Shown here: positions 13,618 to 26,715 of the stretch, piece after piece
Numbering within the stretch: position 1 is the first letter of the stretch
How the letters are laid out: each line of letters opens with the position of its first letter
Source: Octopus vulgaris
Taxonomy: Eukaryota
Direction: 5' to 3'
NCBI GenBank assembly: GCA_951406725.2
Contig: OX597829.1
Span: forward strand, 53,010,001 to 53,074,000
Length of the DNA stretch: 64,000 bases
Notes under the pieces: model-generated
What the model was told of the DNA's origin: nothing
The model's input: the letters and a program-made list of their open reading frames with translations, nothing else
Databases searched by the model: none
Translations under genes and position numbers: made by a program

Positions 13618-13672
<55 letters not shown>

Positions 13673-13818
13673 GTGCGTGTGTATGTATGTATGCATGTAT
13701 GTATGTATCTATGTGCGTGTGTATGTATGTATGTATGTATGTATGTATGTATGTATGTATGTGTGTATGTATGTATGTATGTATGTATGTATGTGAGTGT
13801 GTGTGTATATATGTATGC

Positions 13819-13900
<82 letters not shown>

Positions 13901-14226
13901 GTGTGTATGTATGTATATATGTGCGTGTGTGTGTGTATGTATGTATGTATGTATGTATGTATGTATGTATGTATGTATGTATGTATGTATGTATGTATGT
14001 ATGTATGTATATATTTGTATCTGTCTTCCGTCACCAGTTAACTAGTAGTGTTGGCTTGTTTACGTCACCGCAACTCAGCGGTTTGGCAAAAGAAACCGAT
14101 AAAATAGGTGTCCGATCTTTTTTTTTTAATTAGTACTAGACTTAATTTGTTCGACTAAAAAGCTTGAAGATGCTGCCCCAGCAAATCTGTAATCCAATGA
14201 GTGGAACAAATAAAAGATAAAAAGAT
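13366..14226 (+). mobile_element. Diverged CORE-like SINE with ~480-bp internal (TATG)n/(TATC)n expansion
   Basis: SINE head 13366-13530 and SINE tail 14015-14226 flank the tetranucleotide array. Confidence 0.75.
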
Positions 14227-14231
14227 AATTA

Positions 14232-14410
14232 CCGTATTTTAACGTGTATAAAGAACCCTTTTTTGTCAAAAATTAGGTTTAAAAAATATGGGAGTTTCTT
14301 ATACATGGATATTAATATAATCCTTTACAAAACCGTTTGTTTCCTTTTTTTCTTCTAATTTTAAGCCCCCCCCAAATCAGTGAGGGTTCCTTATACACGT
14401 TAAAACATGG
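14232..14410. mobile_element. Tc1/mariner-superfamily MITE (CCGTA ends, Tc2-like)
   Basis: TA|CCGTATTTTAACGTGTATAA ... TTATACACGTTAAAACATGG|TA terminal inverted repeats. Confidence 0.75.
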
Positions 14411-16338
14411 TATATATATATATAACAAACATTTAAAACACTCTTTTCTTTTCAAGTGATTAAGCACCGGCTGAAACAAGCTAGGGCCTAAAGCTAATAG
14501 TATAACAGAACCAAGCTTTAGGAAACAACAATATCGGTCATTGCTGACAAATAATGGATTACAAATCTTGCCGAAAATGTCTTATATAAGCGTCTAAATT
14601 ACGTGCTGATGTGATCTTTTTTGCATTAAGAACTTTTAGTGAAGTTCTTAATGCAAAAAGATTGGTCATATTTCATATTTCAGAATGTGACAGAAATTCA
14701 GTCTCAGAAAAGACAGTCTTCATATTCAAGACTTTATTTAAAAATTAGTAACATCATACACTTCAGATGATGGATATGTTTGAAGAAAGTATAAACAGTT
14801 AATACTTTAGTTCTTTTTATATTTCACAAAAGTCTACTCGAAATCCAAATTATCTTTCAACTGTAACGGCCAGAAGATTTCTTGTTACTTTAAACAAGAA
14901 AATACTACAATAACTTTTTGAATAAATGAAAACGAGAAAACTAGAAAACTGAAATAGTTGTAGGAAAGAAGTAATGCAAAAAAGATAAAGCTTCTCCTTC
15001 CGCTGCTGCTGCTGCTGTTCTGGCGCTGTTCTGCTACTGTAGTATAAAGAGTAGCAGCAGCAGCAGCCAAAGCTGATTCAACTCTGCTTCTGATGTGGCT
15101 GCTACTGCAATACCACCACCACCAGCAGCATCAGCATCAGCCACATCAGCAGCCACATCAGTTGTGGAGCAGTAGAGTTGTTAGAGCCGGCATGCTTAGA
15201 AGATGACGCAATCTTTTAAGTATGTTTGACATGAGTGGTGGTGGGTCATTTTTGTCGGATAATCGATAGTTTTGATGACGACAACATCCACGTGAATGCA
15301 AATATAATAGAAAATCTTCTTGTACATCCTACTTCGTTCGCTACCCTCACATCACGAATGCTGCAGCAGCAGTTGAAAAGGAATATCTTTGTTGTAAACT
15401 AATGTGAAGAGTTAAGTCTACATCAATTGACAAACACAGCGAAGAAATATTCTCGAAAGAAATCCAACTTAAATAACCGAAATACACAGTAAAACTTGTC
15501 GAAATAAACTTTGTCGTTCTTGCTTGTGATAAATGTAACTAAAATATTGTTAGAGTATTGGAAATTTATGTATTAAAATTAACCGATAAGATTTTTGATA
15601 TTTAATCGGGCGAGGTCAGACAGGTTTTTTTTTTAATCTTTTTTTGTTCAGTCTATAAAAAGATAATCAGTAAACGGAAACGGTCAGAAATATAAGGTCA
15701 ACAAATAGTACACTGTGTCCTATATGCAAACTAGCTCTTGTGTTAGAGCTTTAATCGAAATTCAAACTAAAATAACCATACTAGCATGGTATAAGAATTC
15801 GAATTATTCAGTTATTTTGCAGTAGACTGCAGCATTCGATTAGGGAATCCCCCTCTACAGAGATTACAAATAACAAATCAAGCAAATAGTGTACAATTAA
15901 TTCTATGTGGAATGCTGCTGTTATTAAAAGAAAGACTATGGGTTCGTGATCTTTTAAAGGATTGAAAAGTGACCCTGTCGCTAGCTCTTCGCAATGTGTG
16001 ACGACAAACCTATTTATTCATTTGTATTGAATGTAACACTAAAACTAAAATACTTGTCCCGTACTGTGTCAACAAGGTAGTAATCATTCGTCCTACTAGA
16101 AATAGCAGTGAAATTCTCTCAAATGATATTCTACCTTCTTAAGTAGTGACAGAACACATCGGAGAATGTAGTCCTTCGTACTCTGAAGGAACAAGATGGA
16201 CACTATTAGAACGCCGTGGATCCAGATTAACTTGGAGGCAAACAGCAACGACAGGTACCAATACCAATGAATAAGCGTGCAAATTAGTCAAAGAGTTTCA
16301 TTGAAAGAAGCTGTTACCAATTTAGAAATATCTACATA

Positions 16339-16759
16339 GGCGCAGGAGTGGCTGTGTGGTAAGTAGCTTGTTTACCAACCACATGGTTCTGGGTTCAGTC
16401 CCACTGCGTGGCACCTTGGGCAAGTGTCTTCTACTATAGCCTCGGGCTGACCAAAGCCTTGTGAGTGGATTTGGTAGACGGAAACTGAAAGAAGCCCGTC
16501 GTATATATGTATATATATATGTATATGTGTTTGTTTATGTGTCTGTGTTTGTCTCCCTAGCATTGCTTGACAACCGATGCTGGTGTGTTTATGTCCCCGT
16601 CACTTAGCGGTTCGGCAAAAAGAGACCGATAGAATAAGTACTGGGCTTACAAAGAATAAGTCCCGGGATCGAGTTGCTTGATTAAAGGTGGTGCTCCAGC
16701 ATGGCCGCAGTCAAATGACTGAAACAGGTAAAAGAGAGAGTAAAAGAGAGTAAAGAGTA
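16339..16759 (+). mobile_element. Full-length CORE-like SINE
   Basis: Near-identical to the other copies. Confidence 0.85.
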
Positions 16760-17249
16760 TATACTCTTTATACTCAAAGATGAAATTACTTTGGAAATTC
16801 GGAACCTCTTAAGTGCTAATTAACAATTTAGGAGCTGTACCCATGAAACTTATTGACCCGGCACATACAAATAATGTCGACTTCAAATTTTGGGAAAAGA
16901 CCAGCATGTTCGGAGGAGGAGGTAAGTCAGAATGTAAAGACGGACGAAACGTCGCTAAGCATTTCGTCCGGCATGTTAATGATTCTGCCAACTTATGATA
17001 ATCGGTGTGATTAAACGTTTCCAGGTTGATGTCTGTAGAATAAAAGTGGATATAGGAGAAGTTAAAAAATTCGAAAAGGAAGGATTTGATAAAGATTTGA
17101 TGTGAAACTGAGAAATAGGTAAAGGGCTTATTTAAAGGTCCGAAACATTCTGCTAAGAAAGGATATTCCTTCTTTCAGTACTGGCACTGCCAACATATCA
17201 GTTAAATACGGGTTGACTACCTACTGCGTAAATAAAGGGAAATTCATTC

Positions 17250-18170
17250 GTCCATTGTCGCCACCCATAATTCCTGGGAGGGTCGTTGCAAGATAGGAGG
17301 AGAGTCCTCAAGCAGCCCTTCTAGCTGCCATTACACATTCCGGCTGAATTCCCAAGTGCAACCGACTGAGACTAAGGATATGATCTAACCATATCGTTCT
17401 TGATATGCCTCTACGTCTCCTACTAGTTGGCTCGGCTAGAAGAATCCGTCTACGATTCTTCATTCTAATCATATGTCCATAATACCTGAGCTGTGACCTC
17501 TTAATGCAGAAAAGTAGCAGCTCACCCTGGAAAGGCTCCTCGATCTCTGAGCTAAGCACCCTGACAAGTAATATTACTCCAGAGATCCTATGGATGAACC
17601 CCATTTTGATGTCTGTATTTGCAACTGAACTCTTTCAGTGATTACCCCAAAACTGAAGATCATAGGTGAGCAGAGACACAAAAACCAAAGACAGCAAGTT
17701 TGGCATTTACACATAATCTCTCCTCTTCTGAGGACTGAATGCTGGAGCTGGGGCTTGACTGTACCAGTACCTGAAATTCCAGCTTTCAGTCCAAAGCACG
17801 GCTTGAAAACAAGTCTCCACTTTTGCAGAGGCATGAAAAGTTGCAGCAGAGACAGTAACAACATCCAAAGCTAAGTCATGGTAGGACTCTGGATTTAAAG
17901 TGGACTCTGACTTAAGACTGGCCAATAAAGGATTCTGGCAAAAACCCTTTCCCAACTTTGTAAGAAGAAGCCCTCATCTATAACTGTGATTAAAAACTCA
18001 GCCGGGGTTCTTCTCTCTACAGAGAAGAGCATTCTGAGGAAGTAGAGAGAATACTTTGTTGATCTCTTAAATCCAGTCATAATATAATCTTCTGGTGGGC
18101 ATGGCGTGCATCTAGAGGCAAAGACTAACCTCACAGAGGCTGAAGTCAGAGAGGCAATAAACGGAAACAA
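17250..18170. mobile_element. Rearranged RTE-like LINE remnant
   Basis: Minus 17308-17660 encodes the C-terminus IKRSQLRYYGHMIRM...RRRGISRTIWLDHI. Plus ~17800-18170 encodes an EN-RT linker-like SKAKSW...ILRK*REYFVDLLNP...LTEAEVREAI. Confidence 0.65.
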
Positions 18171-18310
18171 ACGGCCAACTGGGAGAATGGTTTGTGCTGC
18201 GTCGGATAGAATCCTTTGTCGTATTTGTTTCAGCTCTTTGTGCTCTCAATTTTACTTTTTATTCTTACGAAGCCGATGAAGTACCTCAAATACCAAAGGC
18301 AATTATTCAC

Positions 18311-18368
<58 letters not shown>

Positions 18369-19409
18369 TTCTATCTATCTTTTTTTGTTTTTCTTTCTTT
18401 TTTTCCCTCTATCTGTCAATCTATCAGTCTGTTTTACTGTCTAACTGACTGACTGCCTGTCTGTCTATCTATCTATCAATCTGTCCGTCTGTGTGTTTGT
18501 CTGTCTGTTTGTCTATCTCTCTTTCGAATCGGTTACGTTGTACTCTGAGAAAGATTGCAGGGAACCACTCGCAGCATCCGTTCCTCCAGAAATTGGAGAA
18601 GGGTTAGACGGAAGGTGTTAATAACCACTTCTCATAGAAAAAGAAAAACAAGAAACAGATCTGTTGCTGGAAGAGTTCAACGACTGCCCGTTGTGCAGTA
18701 CAGCATGAAACGGAAATTAAGATTAAGATGCTTTAACGGGTTAAATGGATACTGTTATTCATATTTAAATTAGATATGCAACGGTGGATGCAGACACGAC
18801 TGAATTCCCTAAAAAGTACGCCATGAGATTCCAGGTTGGTTCCCTCTGCGTGACATCTTGGGCAAGTGCACTTAACATGGCATTAAAAGTCGATGCAAGC
18901 CTTATTTGTAAAACTGGGAAGACAGAAACTCCCTAGAAGCTGCATCTGTAATTCAAAGAGCCAGCCTTGTTACCTTTTTTTTTTTTTTTGTCATGTTAAT
19001 TCTACCAGATAGTAATGTCGAGGGTACACATGTCTCTGGGAGGCTCAGCTACTTTTCACACTGATTCAATGGGCAGTTTGTTAAATCGATCAAACAGCTG
19101 AAATCTTTTTCGTTTTTCTATTTCAATCGAAACAAAAGTATTTTAGAAAGAGCGTGTGTCAACGAGCAGAAGTAAACTTCCTGTAATCTGTGTCAAGTAC
19201 ACGATTTCGACATTCAGTTGAAAGTATTTTGTTTACCTTGATAAACAAAATGTTCGTGGGAAAGGAAAGGAATGAAGATCTCGATATGCTCCTCCTTAAA
19301 TTTTTGTTTAAACAACAAAAAAACAGTTATAAATAGAATAACTTTAATTTGTAGTCTTAAAGAAATAAAGATCTCTTTTTCTTTGCAAAGCTGGAACGTA
19401 TTCAAATGG

Positions 19410-19770
19410 TTACTCTTTTACTTGTTTCAGTCAATTTGACTGCGGCTATGCTGGAGCACCGCCTTTAGTCGAGCAAATCGACCCCAGGACTTATTCTTTG
19501 AAAGCCTATTTTATCGATATCTTACGGGAAGTTACGGGAACATAAAAATACTAACACCGGTTGTCAAGCGATGGTGGGAGAACAAACACACACAAGCATG
19601 TGTATAAGACGGGCTTCTTTCAGTTTCCGTCTCCCAAATCCACTCGCGAGGCCTTGGTCGGCCCGAGGATATAGTAGAAGACACTTGCCCAAGATGCCAC
19701 ACGATGAAACTGAACCCGGAACTATGTGGTTGGTAAGCAAGATGCTTACCACACAACCACTTCTGCACCT
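19410..19770 (-). mobile_element. CORE-like SINE
   Basis: Reverse-complement match along the full length. Confidence 0.8.
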
Positions 19771-20624
19771 GGATGTCTTTTTTTTTTCTTTTTTTTTTTA
19801 ACTGTCACTAGAGTAACTTGCTTGATTTCAGTATTTCGATATCATTAGCCCTTATGAACAAAGAAGTCAAACAACTCGAAGAAGAAAACATTCTGGTCCT
19901 CGAAGCAAAACGCCAAAGAAAAAAAAAACAGACAACATACCGCAGCCCTGCAGCACCTTCCTTGCTTGCAGATTTTGAAGCAGAACCTTCTCATCAAACA
20001 TAGAAAGGATTAGCCATGAGAGAAACTGCAGGAAGAAGACTATGAGGACCTAATTAAGACATTCTCCACTCCTTAGACCGTCTGCCAAAACGCCAAGAGC
20101 CATACACAAAACCCTTATGACTTAGCGAACGCGTTTTTCTATGACGTTATATTAATTTTAATATTTGAGTTTAACAGCTAAATGGACATTTTCTTAACTA
20201 ACCAAGTTGTAAATCTCTAGAAAGTGTTATCTAAATAATGATGATGATGATGATAGATATGTTTCTTTATTAGCCACACAGGGCTGCACACAGATAGGAC
20301 AAATTACAAGGTAGAGTTTTTCTTTTGGGGATAAAAAAGGGGGTTTGGTTTTCGATCAAAAGGGATCGTAAAAGGAAAGAAAGAGGACAAAAAAAGGGGG
20401 TGGGGGGATAAAAAAAAGGAAAAGGAAAAAAAGACGATCAATAGGGATCGTTATCACAGAAATGTCAATATAAAGTGTAAAGGGGAGGACAGGTGAGGTT
20501 TACCGGTGGAAAGAAAAGCCTACGGAAAAGACCACGGTAACCTCGGTCAATGAAGTCACATGTTATATTCCTTTTTTTTTTACAAATAAGCAACTCTGTA
20601 TTAATTTTTACGGTTCATAGGATC

Positions 20625-20780
<156 letters not shown>

Positions 20781-21070
20781 CCCAAATGTGGAGACTAAAA
20801 AACAGAAATAATCCCTATAATAATAAGTGCACTAGGTATGATTAGAAAAACATTCCGACAAATACACAACCAAAACACTAGGACTTTCGAATATATATAT
20901 ATATATAACATAGAGAAAATATTAGTACTAGGCACCGCACACATCTTACGTAAAACACTTTCAATGCAGTGAATATGACAACAGCAAAATAAACCACAAA
21001 CACATGACCAAGGCACACAGAACTGCGCTCGATAGTACAGGGAAACCACGTGACAAAAATAAGACTATTA

Positions 21071-21122
<52 letters not shown>
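20781..21122 (+). mobile_element. R4/Dong-like non-LTR retrotransposon 3' end
   Basis: Degenerate [22 protein letters not shown]...IEKILVLGTAHILRKTLS* (C-terminus of a restriction-like endonuclease ORF), then a 3' UTR and (AAT)n tail. Confidence 0.7.
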
Positions 21123-21127
21123 TTAAT

Positions 21128-21818
<691 letters not shown>

Positions 21819-22299
21819 ATGAGAGAGAGAGAAGGGGCGAGAATGGGGGAGGAAGCGAGGAAAGGATAGAAAGAAACACAGAAAGAGCGAGAGAGGGACA
21901 AAGAGAGAGAGATTGGTTGGAAAATGACAAGATCAAATTCTAAATAAAATCGAAGGAAGGAACGTCGACAGAAACGATGTCACCAATACTTCCAGTATTT
22001 CTAACATGGAGGAAAATGATAACTGATTTATCGATTAATTCAGATTGATTCTTAGCAACAACAAAAAATAAAAAAATAAAATAACGTCTATTAATTCTGT
22101 TCGAGCATTGAATTATTATTTTGTCGTTTTGTCGTTTAGTCTGGGGGAAAATAAGGAGAAAAAAACCCCATGCCGTTTGATTGGTAAGAGTGAGGAATGC
22201 TATCCTCAAACTGAAGATCTCTTCTGGATGTTCGCATCGGAGTGAAATCTACTATAGGCACGCATGGTGGTTAGATGGCGGCAGTGGCGGTGACGGTGT

Positions 22300-22668
22300 T
22301 AGTGGTGGTGGTGGTGGTCGTGGTGGTATAGTGGTGGTGGTGATGGTGTCAGTGGTGAGGATGGTGGTGGTGGTGGTGGTGGTGGTGGCGGCGGCGGCGG
22401 CGGTGGTGGTGGTGGTGGTGGTGGTGGTGGTGGTGGTGGTGGTGGTGGTGGTGGTGGTGGTGGTGGTGGTGGTGGTGGTGGTGATGGTGGTGGTGGTGGT
22501 GGTTGTGGTGGTGGTTGTGGTGGTGATGGTGGTGGTGGTAGTGGTGGTGGCGGTGGTGGTGGTGGAGGTGGTGGTGGTGATGGTGGTGGTTTTGGTGGTG
22601 GTGGTGGTGGTGGTTTTGGTGGTGGTGGTGGTGGTGGTGGTGATGGTGATGGTGGTGGCGGTGGTGGT
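22300..22668. repeat. (GGT)n microsatellite
   Basis: Direct reading; source of the poly-V/P/H pseudo-ORFs. Confidence 0.95.
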
Positions 22669-22689
22669 CTGGGAGATGTATGATTAAGT

Positions 22690-23204
22690 CTATTGCCTTC
22701 GTAGGACACAGTGCGATTTGAAATGGGAACTCAAAAGAGTCTGAACAAATACCACAAGACATCCGGTCTATGGTCTAACGATTCGGTCAGTCGACCGTCC
22801 TTGATTGGAGCATTATCATCCATCAAGTCCGGAAAAATGAAAAGTTCTGTGACAAAAGATGTCGGCTCTCCTCTACCACTGTGGAAGATTTCACCCACAT
22901 CAGCAGCAGTTGCTCCAAAATGTCTACAAGACACCATCTGCCCCGGAGGCATGACATAGTTGTAAAGATCATTTTCAATGCAATCCACAGGAAGAAGTGC
23001 CCTGGCATATGCATCAAATGCATGCCAGAACCAGCAGGTGTTCACACTTTTAGAAACAAGGAACACTGATGAAATACCCCAATAAAACCATAAACATAAC
23101 AATCCTAGTATTGTTCTATGGGCAAGGAACAAAAGCCATGCACCGTTGTAGAGGTCAGCCGCTCAGCAGATGTGAACGTACAATCAAAAGTCCAGGAATA
23201 AGAG
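22690..23204 (+). mobile_element. R4/NeSL-like LINE fragment (CCHC knuckle and restriction-like endonuclease)
   Basis: Degenerate VEDFTHISSSCSKM...RRHDIVVKIIFN...NPSIVLW...VVEVS, with frameshifts and stops. Confidence 0.6.
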
Positions 23205-23653
23205 AACATCTAAGGGAGTGAGGCTACACTCCTGAAACATCAGGGATAGTTCTATAAAAATCAGATTTAGATAATAAACGGACTTCCAAAGTTCTCAAAT
23301 GTTGCACAGTCATATAACAGGTCTTAAAAAAGTAATTTAAAAAACCTGTTAGTTTCAACATCATCGGTAACCACTGAGCCGCAGGTTTTATGTCGGAGTT
23401 ATCCCAGTTACCTGAGTTGCCTTCTCCTAAAAGGATGCCCTGACAAAGGCTAGGAGTCCTTCACTCCCAATGGTTTAACTGCGCAATCGGGTATTCAATC
23501 CGGTTATTTCTATGTCCCCGCGCTTGATAAGGCTTTAAGACATTTATTGGATGGCCGTTGACTCTCCTGATGTTTCAGGAGTGTAGCCTCATTATTGGAT
23601 GGCCGTTGACTCTCCTGATGTTTCAGGAGTGTAGCCTCACCCCCTTAGATGTT
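23205..23653. mobile_element. MITE-like element with 40-bp terminal inverted repeats
   Basis: AACATCTAAGGGAGTGAGGCTACACTCCTGAAACATCAGG (23205-44) matches the reverse complement of 23614-53 with one mismatch. Confidence 0.75.
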
Positions 23654-23789
23654 TGGAGAACTCAGATGTGTTTTCGGCTGATGAGTACGGGTCACTTGTA
23701 TTTGCTGCAATATTTGCTGCCTTAATAAAGCTGGTCTTCGTATGAAACAATTGTACCGAAATACTGATCCATTTTTGTTGCTTTTTTCT

Positions 23790-23878
<89 letters not shown>

Positions 23879-24132
23879 CGGTCCCCGCGTATTATACAAA
23901 ATGGATAATGAACTGGCTGAGGGCAGAAAAGAGATGACCTTGCAGGACGGCTAACAGAATCTGTCTTTGTTCCTCTATATTCTGGTCTATATTCTGATCT
24001 AAATTCTGCTCTATTTTCGCTTCTGTGTTCAATTTTGACTTTTATCCTTGGCACGATTGATTAGATAAAGTACCAGTAGGTTAATTCAGTCCTCTGTCTA
24101 CTATCTCTGAAAACCTGCGACCTAGAGTTGGA

Positions 24133-24191
<59 letters not shown>

Positions 24192-24276
24192 TGTGTGCGT
24201 TCTGAAGTATCTCCACCATTTGCAAACTGATAAACATACATACATTTATGTACATGTATGTATGTATATAGATGTG

Positions 24277-24320
<44 letters not shown>

Positions 24321-24488
24321 TCTTATAGCAGCATTAGTTTGATTCGTTAAATTATATTTGAATAATATAATTTGTTCAGTGATAAAAGATTTTATTAGCA
24401 TTAACTACAAGATGTGTTTAAATAATTAATTAATCAATCAATTAATTAATTAATTAATTAATTAATTAATTAATTAATTAATAATAAT

Positions 24489-24549
<61 letters not shown>

Positions 24550-25540
24550 GGCTCGCATGGCTTTTGATCTTAACTGATTGGAAGTGTTATCATGTACATT
24601 GTTTTGTCTTTGTATAAAAGATGGGCTACAGCAAATATTCTGCTCAATACCACAGATTTGCTTGTCAGTTGTTTGACCTTAACCAGGTTAAACAACTGAC
24701 CAGTTGACCATGTCCCTTAGTGGCTAACGATATGTGCATCTCAGACCACAAGCAGAAGTAGTTGGGGAGCATCATAGTCGTGTGTTGAGTGGAATTCTTT
24801 GGAATTTGGATAATTCACCTTTGGAAACATGGATGGCTCGTTCAACATCCTTAAACAATTCTTATTCAGGAACCTTTTGAGCAGGATGAGCTACTCGACC
24901 AGAAGAAAATTCTAAGTTTAAGTCGTGAAGTTTACAACTTAATGGATCTCCGTTGTTCGAGCAACTGAATTATCTGCCCCTGAATAAGCGTTTAAGTGGC
25001 TGAGTATTCCATAGACATGTGTATCTTTCATGTAATTATCAATCAGAGTCAACGAGACACAGTGCCGTTTGAATCGCAGGTATAATCCACCCAACGGGCT
25101 TAAGTACAGTCTCCGCCTACCTAGTTTTATTCGCAAAGTATGGGTCTACCCGAAACTATAGAAAATGACATTTGCCCAAGATTCAACGCATTGGAATCGA
25201 ACTCTGATCTCTTGGTTACGAAACGAACTTCTTAACCATTCGGTCCAACTGCGCCGCCTTGCATGTGTGTGTGTGTGTGTGTGTGTGTGTTACAAACACA
25301 GACACAATAGAAATTTACCCTCGCATTTTTACGCAACAGAAAACAGACCGCCTGAACGTTCACAGACGGCAAAGCTATGTTTCTATTGAAATTTTCTATT
25401 GACGTACCAGTGTTTCGTACAAAAGCAAAATGTCTCGTATTTATGAGAAAATCGTACGAAATGAAACCACGTCTTTTGTAAAGAGCGTCTGTGACATAAG
25501 TCAGGAAAAGAATTGCAAAATCATTATCAGTGCCCCCCCC

Positions 25541-25554
<14 letters not shown>

Positions 25555-25620
<66 letters not shown>

Positions 25621-26291
25621 GTGGTGTATTTGCATGTGTGTGTGTGTGGTGTGTTTGCATGTGTGTGTGTGTGGTGTGTTTGCATGTGTGTGTGTGTGGT
25701 GTGTTTGCTTGTGTGTGTGTGTGTGTGTGTTGTGTTTGCATGTGTGAGTCTGTATTTGCATGTGTGTGTGTGTGTGGTGTGTTTGCTTATGTGTGTGTGT
25801 GTGTGTTGTGTTTGCATGTGTGAGTCTGTATTTGCATGTGTGTGTGTGTTTTACATGTGCGTCCGCATGTGTGTGTATGTGTGTGATTGCGAATTTGTAT
25901 GTGTGTGTATGTTTGCGTACTTGCATGTTTGTGTGTGCGTGTGCGTGTGTGTACGTGTGTGTATGTATGTGTGTGTATTTGTGTGTGTGTGCGTGTGTGT
26001 ACATACATATATGTACGTGTGTGAGTATGTTTCGTCTTATTGAAACTTTTCGCTTTCCTAACACGGGGGCAGATCAAGGCCAACAATAAAACATCTTGCG
26101 GGTCCTTCCACCTCCAATAAACAGTAAACCAAATTCCTTCCAAAGAGTGGACTAAAAAGACGGAGGGAACGGGCGAGACTTGAATGCGTTTCGGCTGCTT
26201 AGCTCGGTTCAGGTAAGTCCAAACGGATATAAACAACAAACATTGAGCACTTTAATATTTCTATTTCGGAAAATATGCGTGTGCACGTCCG

Positions 26292-26359
<68 letters not shown>

Positions 26360-26398
26360 TGTGTTTGTGTGTGTGTGTGTGTGTGTATTTGTGTGTGT

Positions 26399-26441
<43 letters not shown>

Positions 26442-26502
26442 TGTGTGTGTGTATTTGTGTGTGTGTGTATTTGTGTGTGTGTGTGTGTGTGTATGCGTGT
26501 GT
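25555..26502. repeat. (CT)n/(TA)n/(GT)n compound simple repeats
   Basis: Direct reading. Confidence 0.9.
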
Positions 26503-26504
26503 AT

Positions 26505-26715
26505 AGTTAATCCAAACATTAAAACACAAAGAGAAAACACAACAACGCGAGGACGTGGAACAAGTACAGTGTTATTGGACGCTCGGGAAAGGAAAGAAAG
26601 AAGGAAGATTTAACGTTTCGAGCGGAGCTCTTCGTCAGAAACATAGAAAAAGGAAAAGTCCAATGAATGGAAGACGAAGGAAGAAAATCGCCAACGATAC
26701 ACACGCGGTCACGTT
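26505..26715 (-). mobile_element. Penelope-like terminal fragment with hammerhead-like motif
   Basis: Minus strand CTGACGA-A-GAGC TCC GCTC-GAAACGTTA. A related copy lies on + at 33177-33355. Confidence 0.55.

Noticed and set aside
13410-14133. YLSI/MYVC ORFs, and similar YI, HT, CV and poly-V/P/H ORFs elsewhere
   Set aside because: Translations of microsatellites.
15093-15225. Coding alternative first exon of Fos using GTATGT at 15220
   Set aside because: The sORF stops at 15206 and the phase-0 frame ends in TAA just before the donor, so no in-frame fusion to exon 2 is possible.
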